From NCBI GenBank assembly GCA_963674945.2, contig CAXXWQ010000004.1, forward strand, positions 1,504,001-1,568,000: 64,000 nucleotides of DNA, given 5' to 3'. This document shows positions 1-9,892 of the stretch, one piece after another. The position numbers and the translations under genes were made by a program. The stretch's first letter is position 1. Each line of letters opens with the position of its first letter. The notes under the pieces are model-generated. The model had not been told where the DNA came from. It ran no database searches and saw only the letters and a list, made by a program, of their open reading frames with translations. Source of the stretch: an uncultured Desulfosarcina sp. (GTDB lineage Bacteria; Desulfobacterota; Desulfobacteria; Desulfobacterales; Desulfosarcinaceae).

Positions 1-3000
1 CCGGAAAGCCGGTAACTTCGGCCACCTGTTGTACCAGGAGCCGCTCCAGTTTCGCCCGGTCCACCGTCGACCGGCCCTTTTTTGTTTCAGCACTGCCCCG
101 CAGCCGCTGGGCGGCGTCGGCCAGCTCGCCCAAGGCGGCATTGGCCAACAACGTCGGATCGGGAAAAGAGATCCCGCACTGTTTTGCGAAACGGGTGATG
201 AGGTCACCGGCCTTGATGGAGTCCAGATTCAGATCATCCAGCAGCCGGACGTTCCGAGAGAGGCTGTCTGCCGGAAAACCGGTCACCGCCGAAACCAGAT
301 CCAGCAGGATGGCCTGGGCCGCCACCGGCTCGACCGCCGGTGTCGACGCCGCGCCGTCCACATCCTTCGGTCGTGCATCGGGATCCCAGAAAGAGAGATC
401 GGCCTTTACCACCTGCCGTAAAAACGCACCCCGGGAAGCAAGGTACCGGCTGACCAGTGCGTCCGGAACACCGGTGAAGGCTTCGGCCAGTACAGGATGA
501 ATCCCGCCCGGGATGATACCGGCTTCATCTTCCTTCTCCTTTTCGATGACGGGGATGTTTTCACATGGATTGACGACAAAAATCTTTTCACCGGCCGGCG
601 TAAAGGGCCGGATCAGCCTGTTTTCGAAGAAGGTCTCCCACCGGATGGACGTACCATGGGAAAACAAGGCACCCACCGCCCGGTTCAGATCCGAAAAACT
701 TCCGGCCGCGGTTTCCACCGGAAGGCATGGCGTTTTCCCATCGCCGCGGATATCCCGAACGAGACCCGTGAGAACACGCCCCGGGCCCACTTCGACGATC
801 ACATCACAAGCAGCGTGCATACTTCGCACCATGGCAATAAAATCGACCCGGGACCGGATCTGCCGGGAGAAATGATCTTTCAAGGAAAGGCCTGCCTCGA
901 GCCGGGAACCGTCGATACTGGTAAACAGCGTACAGACCGGCGCCGCCATGGATTCTGTCAGCATCTGAAAATCGGCCACCTGCCGTGCGGACTCTTCACA
1001 AAGGGGGCTGTGGAAGGCGGCGGAAACCGGAAGCGTTACGGCGCTGACGCCATTTTCCCGTGCCAGCCGCGCCATTTGTGCAACGGCCGACGATTCGCCG
1101 GAGAGTACGGTCTGATGGGGGCTGTTGCGGTTTGCCACGGTGACGGTCGAACCCGATTGGGCGACCAAGGCCAGTGCCGTGGATTCGTCGCATCGCAGAC
1201 TCACCATGCCACCCGGCGTCGTCACCGGTGCGGACATGACCTTCCCGCGGCGGGTGGAAAACTCCAGCAGCGTCGCTCCGTCCATAACGCCTGCAGCAAA
1301 ACAGGCGGTCAATTCTCCCAGGCTGTGGCCGCCCACGGCAACCGGTACGACCCCCAGACGGGTCAGATATTCGAACCACAGCATGGAGGTCAAACAAATG
1401 GCCGGCTGTGCATGTTCCGTAAGGGAAAGGGTACGGAACCAATGTTCCTGCTGTTCGGCATCCGATGCCCGGTCCATGTCACGATGGATCAAGGCGCCGA
1501 TGGAAACACCGATTTGTTCGCCGGTCACCCGATCGGCCGTTTTCATCCAGGAACGCGCCCACTCGAATCGCCGGACCAGGGCAAACGCCATGTTGATCCG
1601 CTGTGAGCCCTGACCGGGAAACAAAAATCCGATCCGGGGGGCCGTATTCCCCGATCCCAACCAGATGTCCGGACCCGGCGAAATCACCCTCTGGCCTTCC
1701 GCTTCCATTACGGATTTTTGCACTGCAGTTTTCAATTGGGCCAGACGGTCCGCCAGGTCATCGGGATGGCCGGCAACGACGGCCGCCCTGAGGTTCGACG
1801 AAGGATCTGCCTGTGGACATTGCCGGGCCGAAAGGTCGGCGAGTTCGGCGATACTCGAACCCTCTGCGTCTCGGATCAGTTTATCGATTTTTTCGATCAT
1901 GTTCGCCACATCGTCTGCACCGATGGCGAAAAGCTCATCCTCCTGGGCATGGGCCAGCAGTATCTCTTCTTCCAGGGCCGGTTGCAGTCGATTGTCCGGA
2001 GCGTCGCCGGAGACCAGGGTGATGTGACAATTGATCCCGCCGAACCCCATGGAAGAGACGCCTGCTTTCAATTGGGTATCGGTGGATTCGAGCCTTCCGA
2101 GGCGGACCGGATAGATCCTTCGGGCGGCGTTGTCGAATGCCTGGTGGGGATGGTTGCAGGCCGCGGTGGGGGGAACCACCCGTCGATTGACCGCCATGAC
2201 CGCCTTCATCAATCCACCGATTCCCGAAGCGGCCTTGGCATGGCCGATGATGGACTTCAGGGAGGTGATGCCGCAAGGCCGCAACAGGCCCTTGGGGACG
2301 GGGGTTCGTCCGGTCACCTGGGCGATGGCCTCCAGTTCCGTCCGGTCCCCAACGGTGGTCCCGGTGCCGTGCCCCTCGATAAAATCCAGCTCGTGGATCC
2401 CGTACGGAGCATGATGATATGCCCGTTCCAGGGCCAGGGCCTGACCGGCACTGCGGGGCGCCGTGATGCCGGTACCGGCGCCGTCCGACGAGATACCCCA
2501 CCCATGAATCACCGCATAGACGCGGTTTCCTTCTTTTCTTGCCGCATCCAGGGGCTTGAGCACCATGAATCCGCATCCCTCACCGGGTATGAAGCCCTTA
2601 CCCCCCCGGTCGTACACGTTCATATCCCCGTCGGTGAGTGCCCCGGTCTTGGCAAATCCCACCATTTCAAAGGGGTCGAGGCTGATGTCAACGCCTCCCA
2701 CCAGGGCCAGGTCCAGGTCGCCGTCGGCAAGACGCGAGGCGGCATGGGCCACCGCCAGAAGGGAGGAGGAACAGGCGCCGTCAACCGTGAATCCCCCCCC
2801 CATTAAATTGAGATGGTTGCATATTCGTCCTGCGATGGTATTGGACAAACCACCGGCCAACGTGTCTTCGTCAACCTTGGGAAAGACCGCGGTGTAGCGC
2901 TCCTTAAGCAATCGCGTGAGACCTCGAAGCTGGGTTTCATCCATGCCCTGGGCACGGGCGGCGCTGAAAAGCGCCCGCCGGACAAAAGGCCAGCGCAGCC

Positions 3001-3418
3001 GCATGGTGTTGGACCGGGTCTGCTCCCCCGTAAGGGTGTTGCCGACGATGACGCCGGTCCGCTGTCCGGGCAGGGTGTCCCGGGTATATCCGGCATCGGA
3101 AACGGCCGCAAGACTGGTCTCCAATGCCAACCAATGAACGACATCCGTGGTTTTCATGGTTGACTCGGGAATGCGACGCCCGGACCAGTCGAAGACAAAA
3201 CCGTCGATGACCGCGGCTTGACGCCCATAGGTCTTATCTGCGGTCTTTCGATCCGGATCGTAATAATCCGCCATGGAAAGCCGGCATTGGGGGAATTGTC
3301 GAAACTGCCGTCTTTTCGCCAGAACATTTTCCCACAGCAGGCGGGGCGTGGATGCATCCGGATATTGACATGCCAATCCGATCACAGCGATCGCCGCAGA
3401 CGAAGGCCGATGGTTCAT
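1..3418 (-). CDS. Iterative type I polyketide synthase, PksE (enediyne PKS)/PfaA-like; 5' part only (KS-AT-ACP-ACP...)
   Basis: Manual translation from ATG 3418 (GAGG RBS), open to the window edge: MNHRPSSAAIAVIGLACQYPDA. KS motifs GNTLTGEQTRSNTMRLRWPFVRR, DEDTLAGGLSNTIAGRICNHLNLMGGGFTVDGACSSSLL (Cys codon 2771-2773), EGHGTGT, KSIIGHAKAA. AT motifs FPGQGSQ, GHSLGE, AAFHS. ACP motif LLDDLNLDSIK (Ser 218-220). A second ACP begins at the edge (QVAEVTGFP). Confidence 0.93.
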   Translation of the reverse strand, partial: MNHRPSSAAIAVIGLACQYPDASTPRLLWENVLAKRRQFRQFPQCRLSMADYYDPDRKTADKTYGRQAAVIDGFVFDWSGRRIPESTMKTTDVVHWLALETSLAAVSDAGYTRDTLPGQRTGVIVGNTLTGEQTRSNTMRLRWPFVRRALFSAARAQGMDETQLRGLTRLLKERYTAVFPKVDEDTLAGGLSNTIAGRICNHLNLMGGGFTVDGACSSSLLAVAHAASRLADGDLDLALVGGVDISLDPFEMVGFAKTGALTDGDMNVYDRGGKGFIPGEGCGFMVLKPLDAARKEGNRVYAVIHGWGISSDGAGTGITAPRSAGQALALERAYHHAPYGIHELDFIEGHGTGTTVGDRTELEAIAQVTGRTPVPKGLLRPCGITSLKSIIGHAKAASGIGGLMKAVMAVNRRVVPPTAACNHPHQAFDNAARRIYPVRLGRLESTDTQLKAGVSSMGFGGINCHITLVSGDAPDNRLQPALEEEILLAHAQEDELFAIGADDVANMIEKIDKLIRDAEGSSIAELADLSARQCPQADPSSNLRAAVVAGHPDDLADRLAQLKTAVQKSVMEAEGQRVISPGPDIWLGSGNTAPRIGFLFPGQGSQRINMAFALVRRFEWARSWMKTADRVTGEQIGVSIGALIHRDMDRASDAEQQEHWFRTLSLTEHAQPAICLTSMLWFEYLTRLGVVPVAVGGHSLGELTACFAAGVMDGATLLEFSTRRGKVMSAPVTTPGGMVSLRCDESTALALVAQSGSTVTVANRNSPHQTVLSGESSAVAQMARLARENGVSAVTLPVSAAFHSPLCEESARQVADFQMLTESMAAPVCTLFTSIDGSRLEAGLSLKDHFSRQIRSRVDFIAMVRSMHAACDVIVEVGPGRVLTGLVRDIRGDGKTPCLPVETAAGSFSDLNRAVGALFSHGTSIRWETFFENRLIRPFTPAGEKIFVVNPCENIPVIEKEKEDEAGIIPGGIHPVLAEAFTGVPDALVSRYLASRGAFLRQVVKADLSFWDPDARPKDVDGAASTPAVEPVAAQAILLDLVSAVTGFPADSLSRNVRLLDDLNLDSIKAGDLITRFAKQCGISFPDPTLLANAALGELADAAQRLRGSAETKKGRSTVDRAKLERLLVQQVAEVTGFP

Positions 3419-3645
3419 GTACCTCTTCCTTTTTACGATTTATTTTGTTTGCCAATTTATGTACACAAACACGAGGGCTGTGGTGAAATGGGAGATCCGG
3501 GCAGGTGTTGTTCGTGCACGTTGGGAAAAATAGGTTGCGTCGACCCAATTCCCGCGAATTCATTGTAAGGCATTTTTTCTTTGGATTTGCAGTTATACCT
3601 GTAACATATTCGCAAGAAAAAATACAGATGCAAGGTAAAACAAAT

Positions 3646-5247
3646 ATGACAACAAAGCTGAGAACCTGTGTTTCTCCGGCGGGTCGTTTTATCTTCGGGA
3701 TCCACCGGCCGACATTCACCTCGGATAATTTCCGCTTTGAAAGTTCACTTACCGACCTGGGTCTAATGCCCGATGGCACCCCATACCGCAACCGGGCCAA
3801 TTTTCCCGAAGGCCCGGTACAAGAACCATCGGCGGACTGGATATTCGAAGTTCCCAACGCCTTTCCCTTCCGGGGCACGACCTACATCGGGAAAACCTGG
3901 GCCGATTCTCGTGCCAAAAGTCCCGAACATATCCGGTTGCCCGAGGCGCCGGAGATTTCTTTCTTTTCGGGTTTCGAAGATGAAGCCTCGGCCATGGGAG
4001 CGATCCAAAAGCTCCCCCGCCCCCTTCACCTGGCCCTGGCCGTCACCTCAACCGATCCGCGGGACCTGTGCTGTCTGGCCCATATGGCCTGCACATTTTT
4101 CATGGATGAGACCAGCGGCGCCCCATGGGGATTGGCCTATGAACGCCGAAACGACGGAAGGATGAAGGCCGTTATCACGGACGAAGCGCTGTTCGAGGCC
4201 GTGGCCAACAACCGCCACCTGCCCGGACCCTACAAGCAGGCCATGGTTCTTCGTCCCGGCGCCCAGGGGGAAAGCGAAATCGTCGGCGAATGGCAGGGTG
4301 AGAACACCCATGTGTTCGAGTATCTCAGGCGCAACTCCTACATCCCCTGGGGCCACTATGCAGCCAACATGGCAAACGACGCCGTGCGGTACCGGGTCCG
4401 GGACATCACCCTTTCGGACATGACCGGCATGCGCCATCTTTACTATCAGCGAAGCTATACCCGCATGGCGCGGCAGTTGGGAATCCATCTTGAACCCGAT
4501 GCCGGCCCCATCGATGCCAATGCCCTGGAACGCATCCGGCAGCGCATCCAAAACACTCCTTCCGCCCATGGGGACCTGCCCTTTGACAGGACCTTGTGGG
4601 GATGGAATTACGGATTCGATTTCGCTCCCAGCGGGTACCGCCTCCACGCCTCCCACCAGCAGATCCACCAGCAGTATGCGATGATTCCAAAAACCGTCCC
4701 GATAAACGGCGATACGGGTCGAATACCGGCATTTGCATGCGGTGACATGGTGGCCGAATTCATCAGTGAATTCCGCAAGCAGACGGGAAAAGGCTTTTTC
4801 GATTGCTATGAAAAGGCGATTGTTGAAAACCAGCGGATGGACGGGAACGATGAACGGGAGAAAAGCCTGGTGATTTTTGAGGACGAACGGGTCATGGTAT
4901 TCGTACCCAAGGCGCAGACATCCCAATGGGAGTTACAATTGATGCCCAAGCTTTCCGTGGGCAATATATTCGATTCGGACACTGCCATGCGCCACAGTCT
5001 GGACCGGGCCATATTGGTTGCCGTTCGGACACTGGCACAGATGGGGGCGAGGATGATCACCACCATCGAGTACGCCAAACCCATATTCGACGGAGATGAT
5101 GAGCAGCGGCTATTGATGGCATTTTTGCCGAAACTGCCCGAATCCCCCGGTGCCTTCAGCGAAGCCCAATTGCGCTGGATCAACGGCCACTATCCGGAAG
5201 ATTTCGCCCTCGCCTGCCGACGCAAACAGACCGAAACCGAGAAATGA
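3646..5247 (+). CDS. Conserved hypothetical protein with C-terminal GalT/HIT-like nucleotidyltransferase region
   Basis: Long ORF; ATG 3646 follows AAGGT (3628 is an alternative start). HASHQQIHQQY aligns with GalT GASxxHPHxQI, and VFVPKAQTSQWELQLMPK resembles the GalT C-terminal FVPxAxxxxFExxIxPK segment. Confidence 0.7.
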   Translation: MTTKLRTCVSPAGRFIFGIHRPTFTSDNFRFESSLTDLGLMPDGTPYRNRANFPEGPVQEPSADWIFEVPNAFPFRGTTYIGKTWADSRAKSPEHIRLPEAPEISFFSGFEDEASAMGAIQKLPRPLHLALAVTSTDPRDLCCLAHMACTFFMDETSGAPWGLAYERRNDGRMKAVITDEALFEAVANNRHLPGPYKQAMVLRPGAQGESEIVGEWQGENTHVFEYLRRNSYIPWGHYAANMANDAVRYRVRDITLSDMTGMRHLYYQRSYTRMARQLGIHLEPDAGPIDANALERIRQRIQNTPSAHGDLPFDRTLWGWNYGFDFAPSGYRLHASHQQIHQQYAMIPKTVPINGDTGRIPAFACGDMVAEFISEFRKQTGKGFFDCYEKAIVENQRMDGNDEREKSLVIFEDERVMVFVPKAQTSQWELQLMPKLSVGNIFDSDTAMRHSLDRAILVAVRTLAQMGARMITTIEYAKPIFDGDDEQRLLMAFLPKLPESPGAFSEAQLRWINGHYPEDFALACRRKQTETEK

Positions 5248-5268
5248 TGCGTACCGGAATGATACATC

Positions 5269-5532
5269 TCAGGCGTATGCATCCTCACGGATAATGGACA
5301 ACACCGGAGATGGGCCACGGGACATTTTTCGGGTGTCGATACTGGTGCCGGTCACGACGCCAATGCGCTCCCGCCTGTCATTTCCGGAACGTCGTTCCGG
5401 TATGGCGCGGTGGTAGGAGAATTGACGACGATCCATGAAGAAGCGTCGATTGCCGTTGGTTTCACAATCGTGGGCAAATAGGCTTTTTATCAATGATCGA
5501 ACCTTTCTTTCTCGTGAAGGGTTATCAACCAT
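5269..5532 (-). CDS. Small hypothetical protein with DRRQFSY..IPERRSGxDRR motif
   Basis: 87-aa ORF with an Arg-rich repeated xRR motif of a type I recall from small Desulfobacterales proteins. Confidence 0.6.
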   Translation of the reverse strand: MVDNPSRERKVRSLIKSLFAHDCETNGNRRFFMDRRQFSYHRAIPERRSGNDRRERIGVVTGTSIDTRKMSRGPSPVLSIIREDAYA

Positions 5533-5788
5533 GGAACTGCGTCCGTATTTTCATTTTTGTCCATTTCAGGTATAGGCAAGTATCGAACCACGATCACGAT
5601 CACGCAGTTATGGCTCCAATCCCGTGGATTTTCATCGCGTTGACGTTTCCGGTGACGTTTTTTGCACAATGAAATACCATTTTTTCCCACGAAGGGAACC
5701 ATTGGTTTTTTCCGAAATTTTATGGTAACCAGATGAATACCAGGATGGCGATCCCTCCTTCTTAGTTGCTTACGAGAGCGAAATTTCC

Positions 5789-7258
5789 ATGAATCTGAGA
5801 CTTGGTATCACCGGGAAGCTGTTGGTGTGGTTCCTCTTCATACTCGGCATCTTTGTCGGTACGATTCTGATCCTGTATGTCAATATCAAGCAGGTGGTTC
5901 GTCTTTCCGAATCCATCGTGGGGAAAAATTACGCCATCTCATCCGGGACCAAGAAGATGGTGGAATCCCTTCTTGGCATGGAGGAGAACAAACAAAAGTT
6001 TCTTTTGCTTGGAAAACCCGACTACATCTCCTTCTACAACAAGGCGCAACGCGAATTCGAAGAAAACCTGGGCCAGTTGACCCGTCTGGTCGACGCGGGA
6101 CATGATATTTCTCCCGTGTGGTCTGAACTGATTGGCGACTACAAGACGCATCCCAGTGCGGATGCGCTGGCCAACCACCTGGCCGGGGGGCAAAATGACC
6201 CTGAATCGACTGCGTCCTTTTTCATCCCCGAAGCGACCATCAACGAATGGATAAAAAGAATTTCCGGCGAACGCCTGAAAAACGAACAGGAGATCGAGCG
6301 CACCATACGGGAGGTAAACCAGAAAGGCCGACTCTCGGCAAAGCTCGGACTGATCGGTCTTGGCGTTTCGGGAGTCGTCGGACTCATTGGTGTTTTCTAT
6401 TTGACCTATTCCATGCTCCCCCCGTTACGTGAATTGATGGAAGGCATCCGCATGATATCGTCCAACCGTCGAACGACACCCATCAAAATACGGAGCAGAG
6501 ATGAGTTCGGCGAACTGGCCCACGCATTCAATGAAATGTCGGAACGCCTGCGCAAAGAGGAACGGATGCGATCGGACTTCATCTCCATGCTCAGCCACGA
6601 AATCCGTACCCCGCTGACGTCCATTCGTGAATCGGTCAACATGATTCGCGAAGAGGTGATGGGCCCCATCAACGAGAGACAGGAAAAATTCCTTGCCATT
6701 GCGGGTTCGGAAATCAGCCGGATCACCGATCTGTTGAGCCATCTGATGCAGGCATCCCGGCTGGAACCGGGAGTGTTGAACATGCAGTTGGAGTCCATGG
6801 ACCCGTACACTTTCGTTTGCGATTGCACGGATAGCATCAAATTGGCTGCAAAGGCAAAAAACATCGAAATGACGGTAGATATCCCCACGTCAATCCCCCG
6901 CTTCATGGGGGACCGGATGAAACTCCAACAGGCCATGATGAATTATCTGTCCAATGCGATTAAATTCTCCGATTCCGGGGCACGGATCACCACCGGCGTA
7001 CGCCTTGAAAAATCCGGAGAGCAGCTCTCCTTTTACGTCAAGGACTATGGCCCCGGAATCATGGAGGAGGATCAGGCCTTCCTGTTCAACAAATATTATC
7101 GCGGCCAACGGGAACGGGAGCGGCTGGAGGGGGTGGGACTGGGACTGAGCATCGTAAAGAACATCATCGAATCCCACCATGGAAAGGTTTGGGTCGAAAG
7201 TCAGATGGGAAAGGGGTGCACCTTTGGGTTTACCCTTCCCCTTTCACTGGAATCATGA
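5789..7258 (+). CDS. Membrane sensor histidine kinase (TM-periplasmic-TM-HAMP-HisKA-HATPase), GlrK/QseE-like
   Basis: Two TM segments, HAMP (DEFGELAHAFNEM), H-box SHEIRTPLTS, N-box NYLSNAIKF, G boxes DYGPGI and GVGLGL. Confidence 0.93.
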   Translation: MNLRLGITGKLLVWFLFILGIFVGTILILYVNIKQVVRLSESIVGKNYAISSGTKKMVESLLGMEENKQKFLLLGKPDYISFYNKAQREFEENLGQLTRLVDAGHDISPVWSELIGDYKTHPSADALANHLAGGQNDPESTASFFIPEATINEWIKRISGERLKNEQEIERTIREVNQKGRLSAKLGLIGLGVSGVVGLIGVFYLTYSMLPPLRELMEGIRMISSNRRTTPIKIRSRDEFGELAHAFNEMSERLRKEERMRSDFISMLSHEIRTPLTSIRESVNMIREEVMGPINERQEKFLAIAGSEISRITDLLSHLMQASRLEPGVLNMQLESMDPYTFVCDCTDSIKLAAKAKNIEMTVDIPTSIPRFMGDRMKLQQAMMNYLSNAIKFSDSGARITTGVRLEKSGEQLSFYVKDYGPGIMEEDQAFLFNKYYRGQRERERLEGVGLGLSIVKNIIESHHGKVWVESQMGKGCTFGFTLPLSLES

Positions 7259-7369
7259 AACGCACCGTGGGTTCGCGGAAGTGACCGCCGTTGAATTTGC
7301 TTGAATTGTCGTGCAATGGCGATTAAAAGGAGCAATTGACCTTGAACGAAAAAAAAGAATGAACATCAT

Positions 7370-8059
7370 ATGACGCAAACTCGGATCTTGGCATACTTTC
7401 TGTGGATTTGGCTGGCGATTTTCACTGCGCACTTTTCCGGCTGCATGCACGTTTTTCATAAATCCGACGCCCCACTCCCCCCCGCAGCGTCATCGGAGGC
7501 GCAGATCGCTTTTGAAGAAGCGCTTGCCGATTACGGTAGCGGAGATTTCGAAGGCGCCTTGGCACGTTTTCGTGTATTGTCTTCCACCGGCGCCTCGGAT
7601 ACCATTGCACGAAAGGCAAAATTGGGAGAGATATACTGCCACATGATACTGGCAAAAACCCAGGCGGACTATCAGGTTGCCGTTGACATGTGGAGGGAAC
7701 TGGACCGTACGACGAAAAGTGAAGAAGCGTCCTGGGCAATCACCTTGACCGATCCCCTGGTGGATCGAATGGAACCCCGTGGAGCGGAAAACAAGATGGG
7801 AGCCGTCCCATCGCCGACAACCACATTACCGGAAGTCGGCAAACAGACCGACACGGAGCAAAGGTCAAAGGCCAAGATCGCCGAACTTACGAAAAAGGCG
7901 AACAAGGCGGATCAATTGCAGCGCCAACTCCATCAGATGATAGGGGAAAACAAATCCCTAAAGGAAAAAATCAAAGCGTTGGAGGCCATTGACCAGAATA
8001 TCCAACGGAAAAAATCCGAAATCGCAACTACCGATGAACAATCTAAAGATAAAGAATAA
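7370..8059 (+). CDS. Helical lipoprotein, QseG/YfhG-like by position
   Basis: Lipobox-like FSGC, TPR-like helices and a C-terminal coiled coil ending KIKALEAIDQNIQRKK; lies between the kinase and the regulator. Confidence 0.7.
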   Translation: MTQTRILAYFLWIWLAIFTAHFSGCMHVFHKSDAPLPPAASSEAQIAFEEALADYGSGDFEGALARFRVLSSTGASDTIARKAKLGEIYCHMILAKTQADYQVAVDMWRELDRTTKSEEASWAITLTDPLVDRMEPRGAENKMGAVPSPTTTLPEVGKQTDTEQRSKAKIAELTKKANKADQLQRQLHQMIGENKSLKEKIKALEAIDQNIQRKKSEIATTDEQSKDKE

Positions 8060-9422
8060 CGACAGCTTGGCGCCTTCCGTCCTCGTCGTTGACGACGATC
8101 ACAATGTCCTGGAGGTGCTGGATGCCCGATTATCCAACTGCGGCCTTCGCGTATACCAGGCAGATGGCGGACACAAAGCCCTTACCATCCTCAATAACCA
8201 TGAAATCGACCTCGTCGTTTCCGATGTAAAAATGCCCGATCTCGATGGCATGGCACTCTTATCCGAAATCATTCAGAACCAGCCGGGACTTCCGGTTATC
8301 CTCCTAACCGCATATGCCAACGTTCCCGATGCCGTCAAGGCCGTTAAATCCGGAGCCGTGGATTACGTGGAAAAGCCTTTCGACGGAAAAGCGCTGAGCG
8401 AAAAAATCCAATTCATGCTCAAAGAGTTGCAGGATCCGGTCCCGAATCAGCAGATGGCGGAACCCTTCAAATTGGATGCCCAATTCGTCAGCCCTGCCAT
8501 GAAGAATCTGGAGAGGCTGGTTCAAAAAGTCGCCAAGAGCAGTGTAAATGTCTTGATTCTTGGAGAAAGCGGCGTGGGAAAGGAGCGAATCGCCAAACAG
8601 CTCCACCAGATCGGCCCTCGCCACAAAAAACCCTTCGTTGTGGTCGACTGTGGTGCGACACCGGCAGGTTTGCTGGAAAGCGAACTATTCGGCCACGTCA
8701 AGGGCTCTTTTACCCATGCCATCAGTGACAAGACCGGACTCATCGAAACGGCGGACACCGGAACGCTCTTCCTCGACGAAATCGGTAACATCTCCCATGA
8801 AATGCAGATCCGACTTCTCCGGTTCATCGAAGACCGAACCATCAGAAAGATCGGGGGACTGAAAGGGAAGACGGTGGACTGCCGGATCATCGCCGCCACC
8901 AATGCGGATTTGGCGGAGGAAATCAAGGAGGGTCGATTCAGGGAAGATCTCTTTTTCCGCCTTCGTGTCGTAACGTTGACGATACCCCCACTTCGGGAAC
9001 GAACTGCCGATATCCCCCTTCTGGTTGAACATTTTTCCCGTCAGTTCAGCGCGCAACACGGCGTCGATGAAGTTCATATCCCCAGAGAAACCATGGATTG
9101 GCTCTGTCAATACCCCTGGCCCGGGAATGTCCGGGAATTGAAAAATGCCATAGAGGGCGGTATCGTGCTATGCAGAAAAAATGTGCTCCGACCCGAGGAT
9201 TTTCACCTGATGGGGATGGTACAGAATGTGAGTACAACCGTCTCCGACGATCAGTGTCTCTCTTTGGAGGAGAGTGAAAAGAACACCATCCTGCGGGCCC
9301 TGGAGCAGACCGGTGGAATTCAAAAAGAGGCGGCCGAAGTACTGGGCATCAGCCGGCGGGCCATCCATTACAAGATAAAAAAATATGGTATTGATGCGGG
9401 CAGCATCAAGGCCAGGCACTGA
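8034..9422 (+). CDS. Sigma-54-dependent response regulator (REC-AAA+-Fis HTH), GlrR/NtrC family
   Basis: VLVVDDD, DVKMP, GESGVGKE, ESELFGHVKGSFTHA, FLDEIG, WPGNVREL and a C-terminal HTH. Confidence 0.95.
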   Translation: MNNLKIKNNDSLAPSVLVVDDDHNVLEVLDARLSNCGLRVYQADGGHKALTILNNHEIDLVVSDVKMPDLDGMALLSEIIQNQPGLPVILLTAYANVPDAVKAVKSGAVDYVEKPFDGKALSEKIQFMLKELQDPVPNQQMAEPFKLDAQFVSPAMKNLERLVQKVAKSSVNVLILGESGVGKERIAKQLHQIGPRHKKPFVVVDCGATPAGLLESELFGHVKGSFTHAISDKTGLIETADTGTLFLDEIGNISHEMQIRLLRFIEDRTIRKIGGLKGKTVDCRIIAATNADLAEEIKEGRFREDLFFRLRVVTLTIPPLRERTADIPLLVEHFSRQFSAQHGVDEVHIPRETMDWLCQYPWPGNVRELKNAIEGGIVLCRKNVLRPEDFHLMGMVQNVSTTVSDDQCLSLEESEKNTILRALEQTGGIQKEAAEVLGISRRAIHYKIKKYGIDAGSIKARH

Positions 9423-9892
9423 TCAATCCTTCCAAGCGACCATCTTCTTCGTTTTCATCCATGACGACAGCGGTGTGCGACCATTTTCTTCCCAAATTGA
9501 GCGATTAGCAGAATTATTTCAGAGAGTTGCTGAAATTCTGCGTGTAACCCGGTGGGTGGTAATTACAATACCGATAAATGCTAACAGCCAATTGCTGAAA
9601 GCGAACGGCGGCTCTTGGGATTAAAAATGTTGCAGATGGCAACACAGATAGCGAGCCGGAGACATTTGCAGATTAAATCATGTAACCGAATCACCGATGC
9701 CTGTCTCGTTAGCGGTACGTCGAAATATAAATGGACAACAATCGATGAAAGAAATATAAAGGGAACAAAAAATGAAAGAAATTTTAATACTTTCGGCAGT
9801 TGTCTGCATCTGGGTCCTGCTCCAGGTCGTCGTTTTGCCGAAATTGGGTGTCTCCACATGAATGCGAGACGCTTGTCAGGTGACAAGCAAGA

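Noticed and set aside
497..2806. Long plus-strand ORFs 497-1606 and 1718-2806
   Set aside because: Antisense shadows of the PKS with no recognisable motifs.
9423..9892. Sigma-54 promoter or GlmY-like sRNA next to the activator
   Set aside because: The best candidates (TGGCAACACAGATAGC at about 9637, and one at about 5651) have GG-N11-GC spacing.
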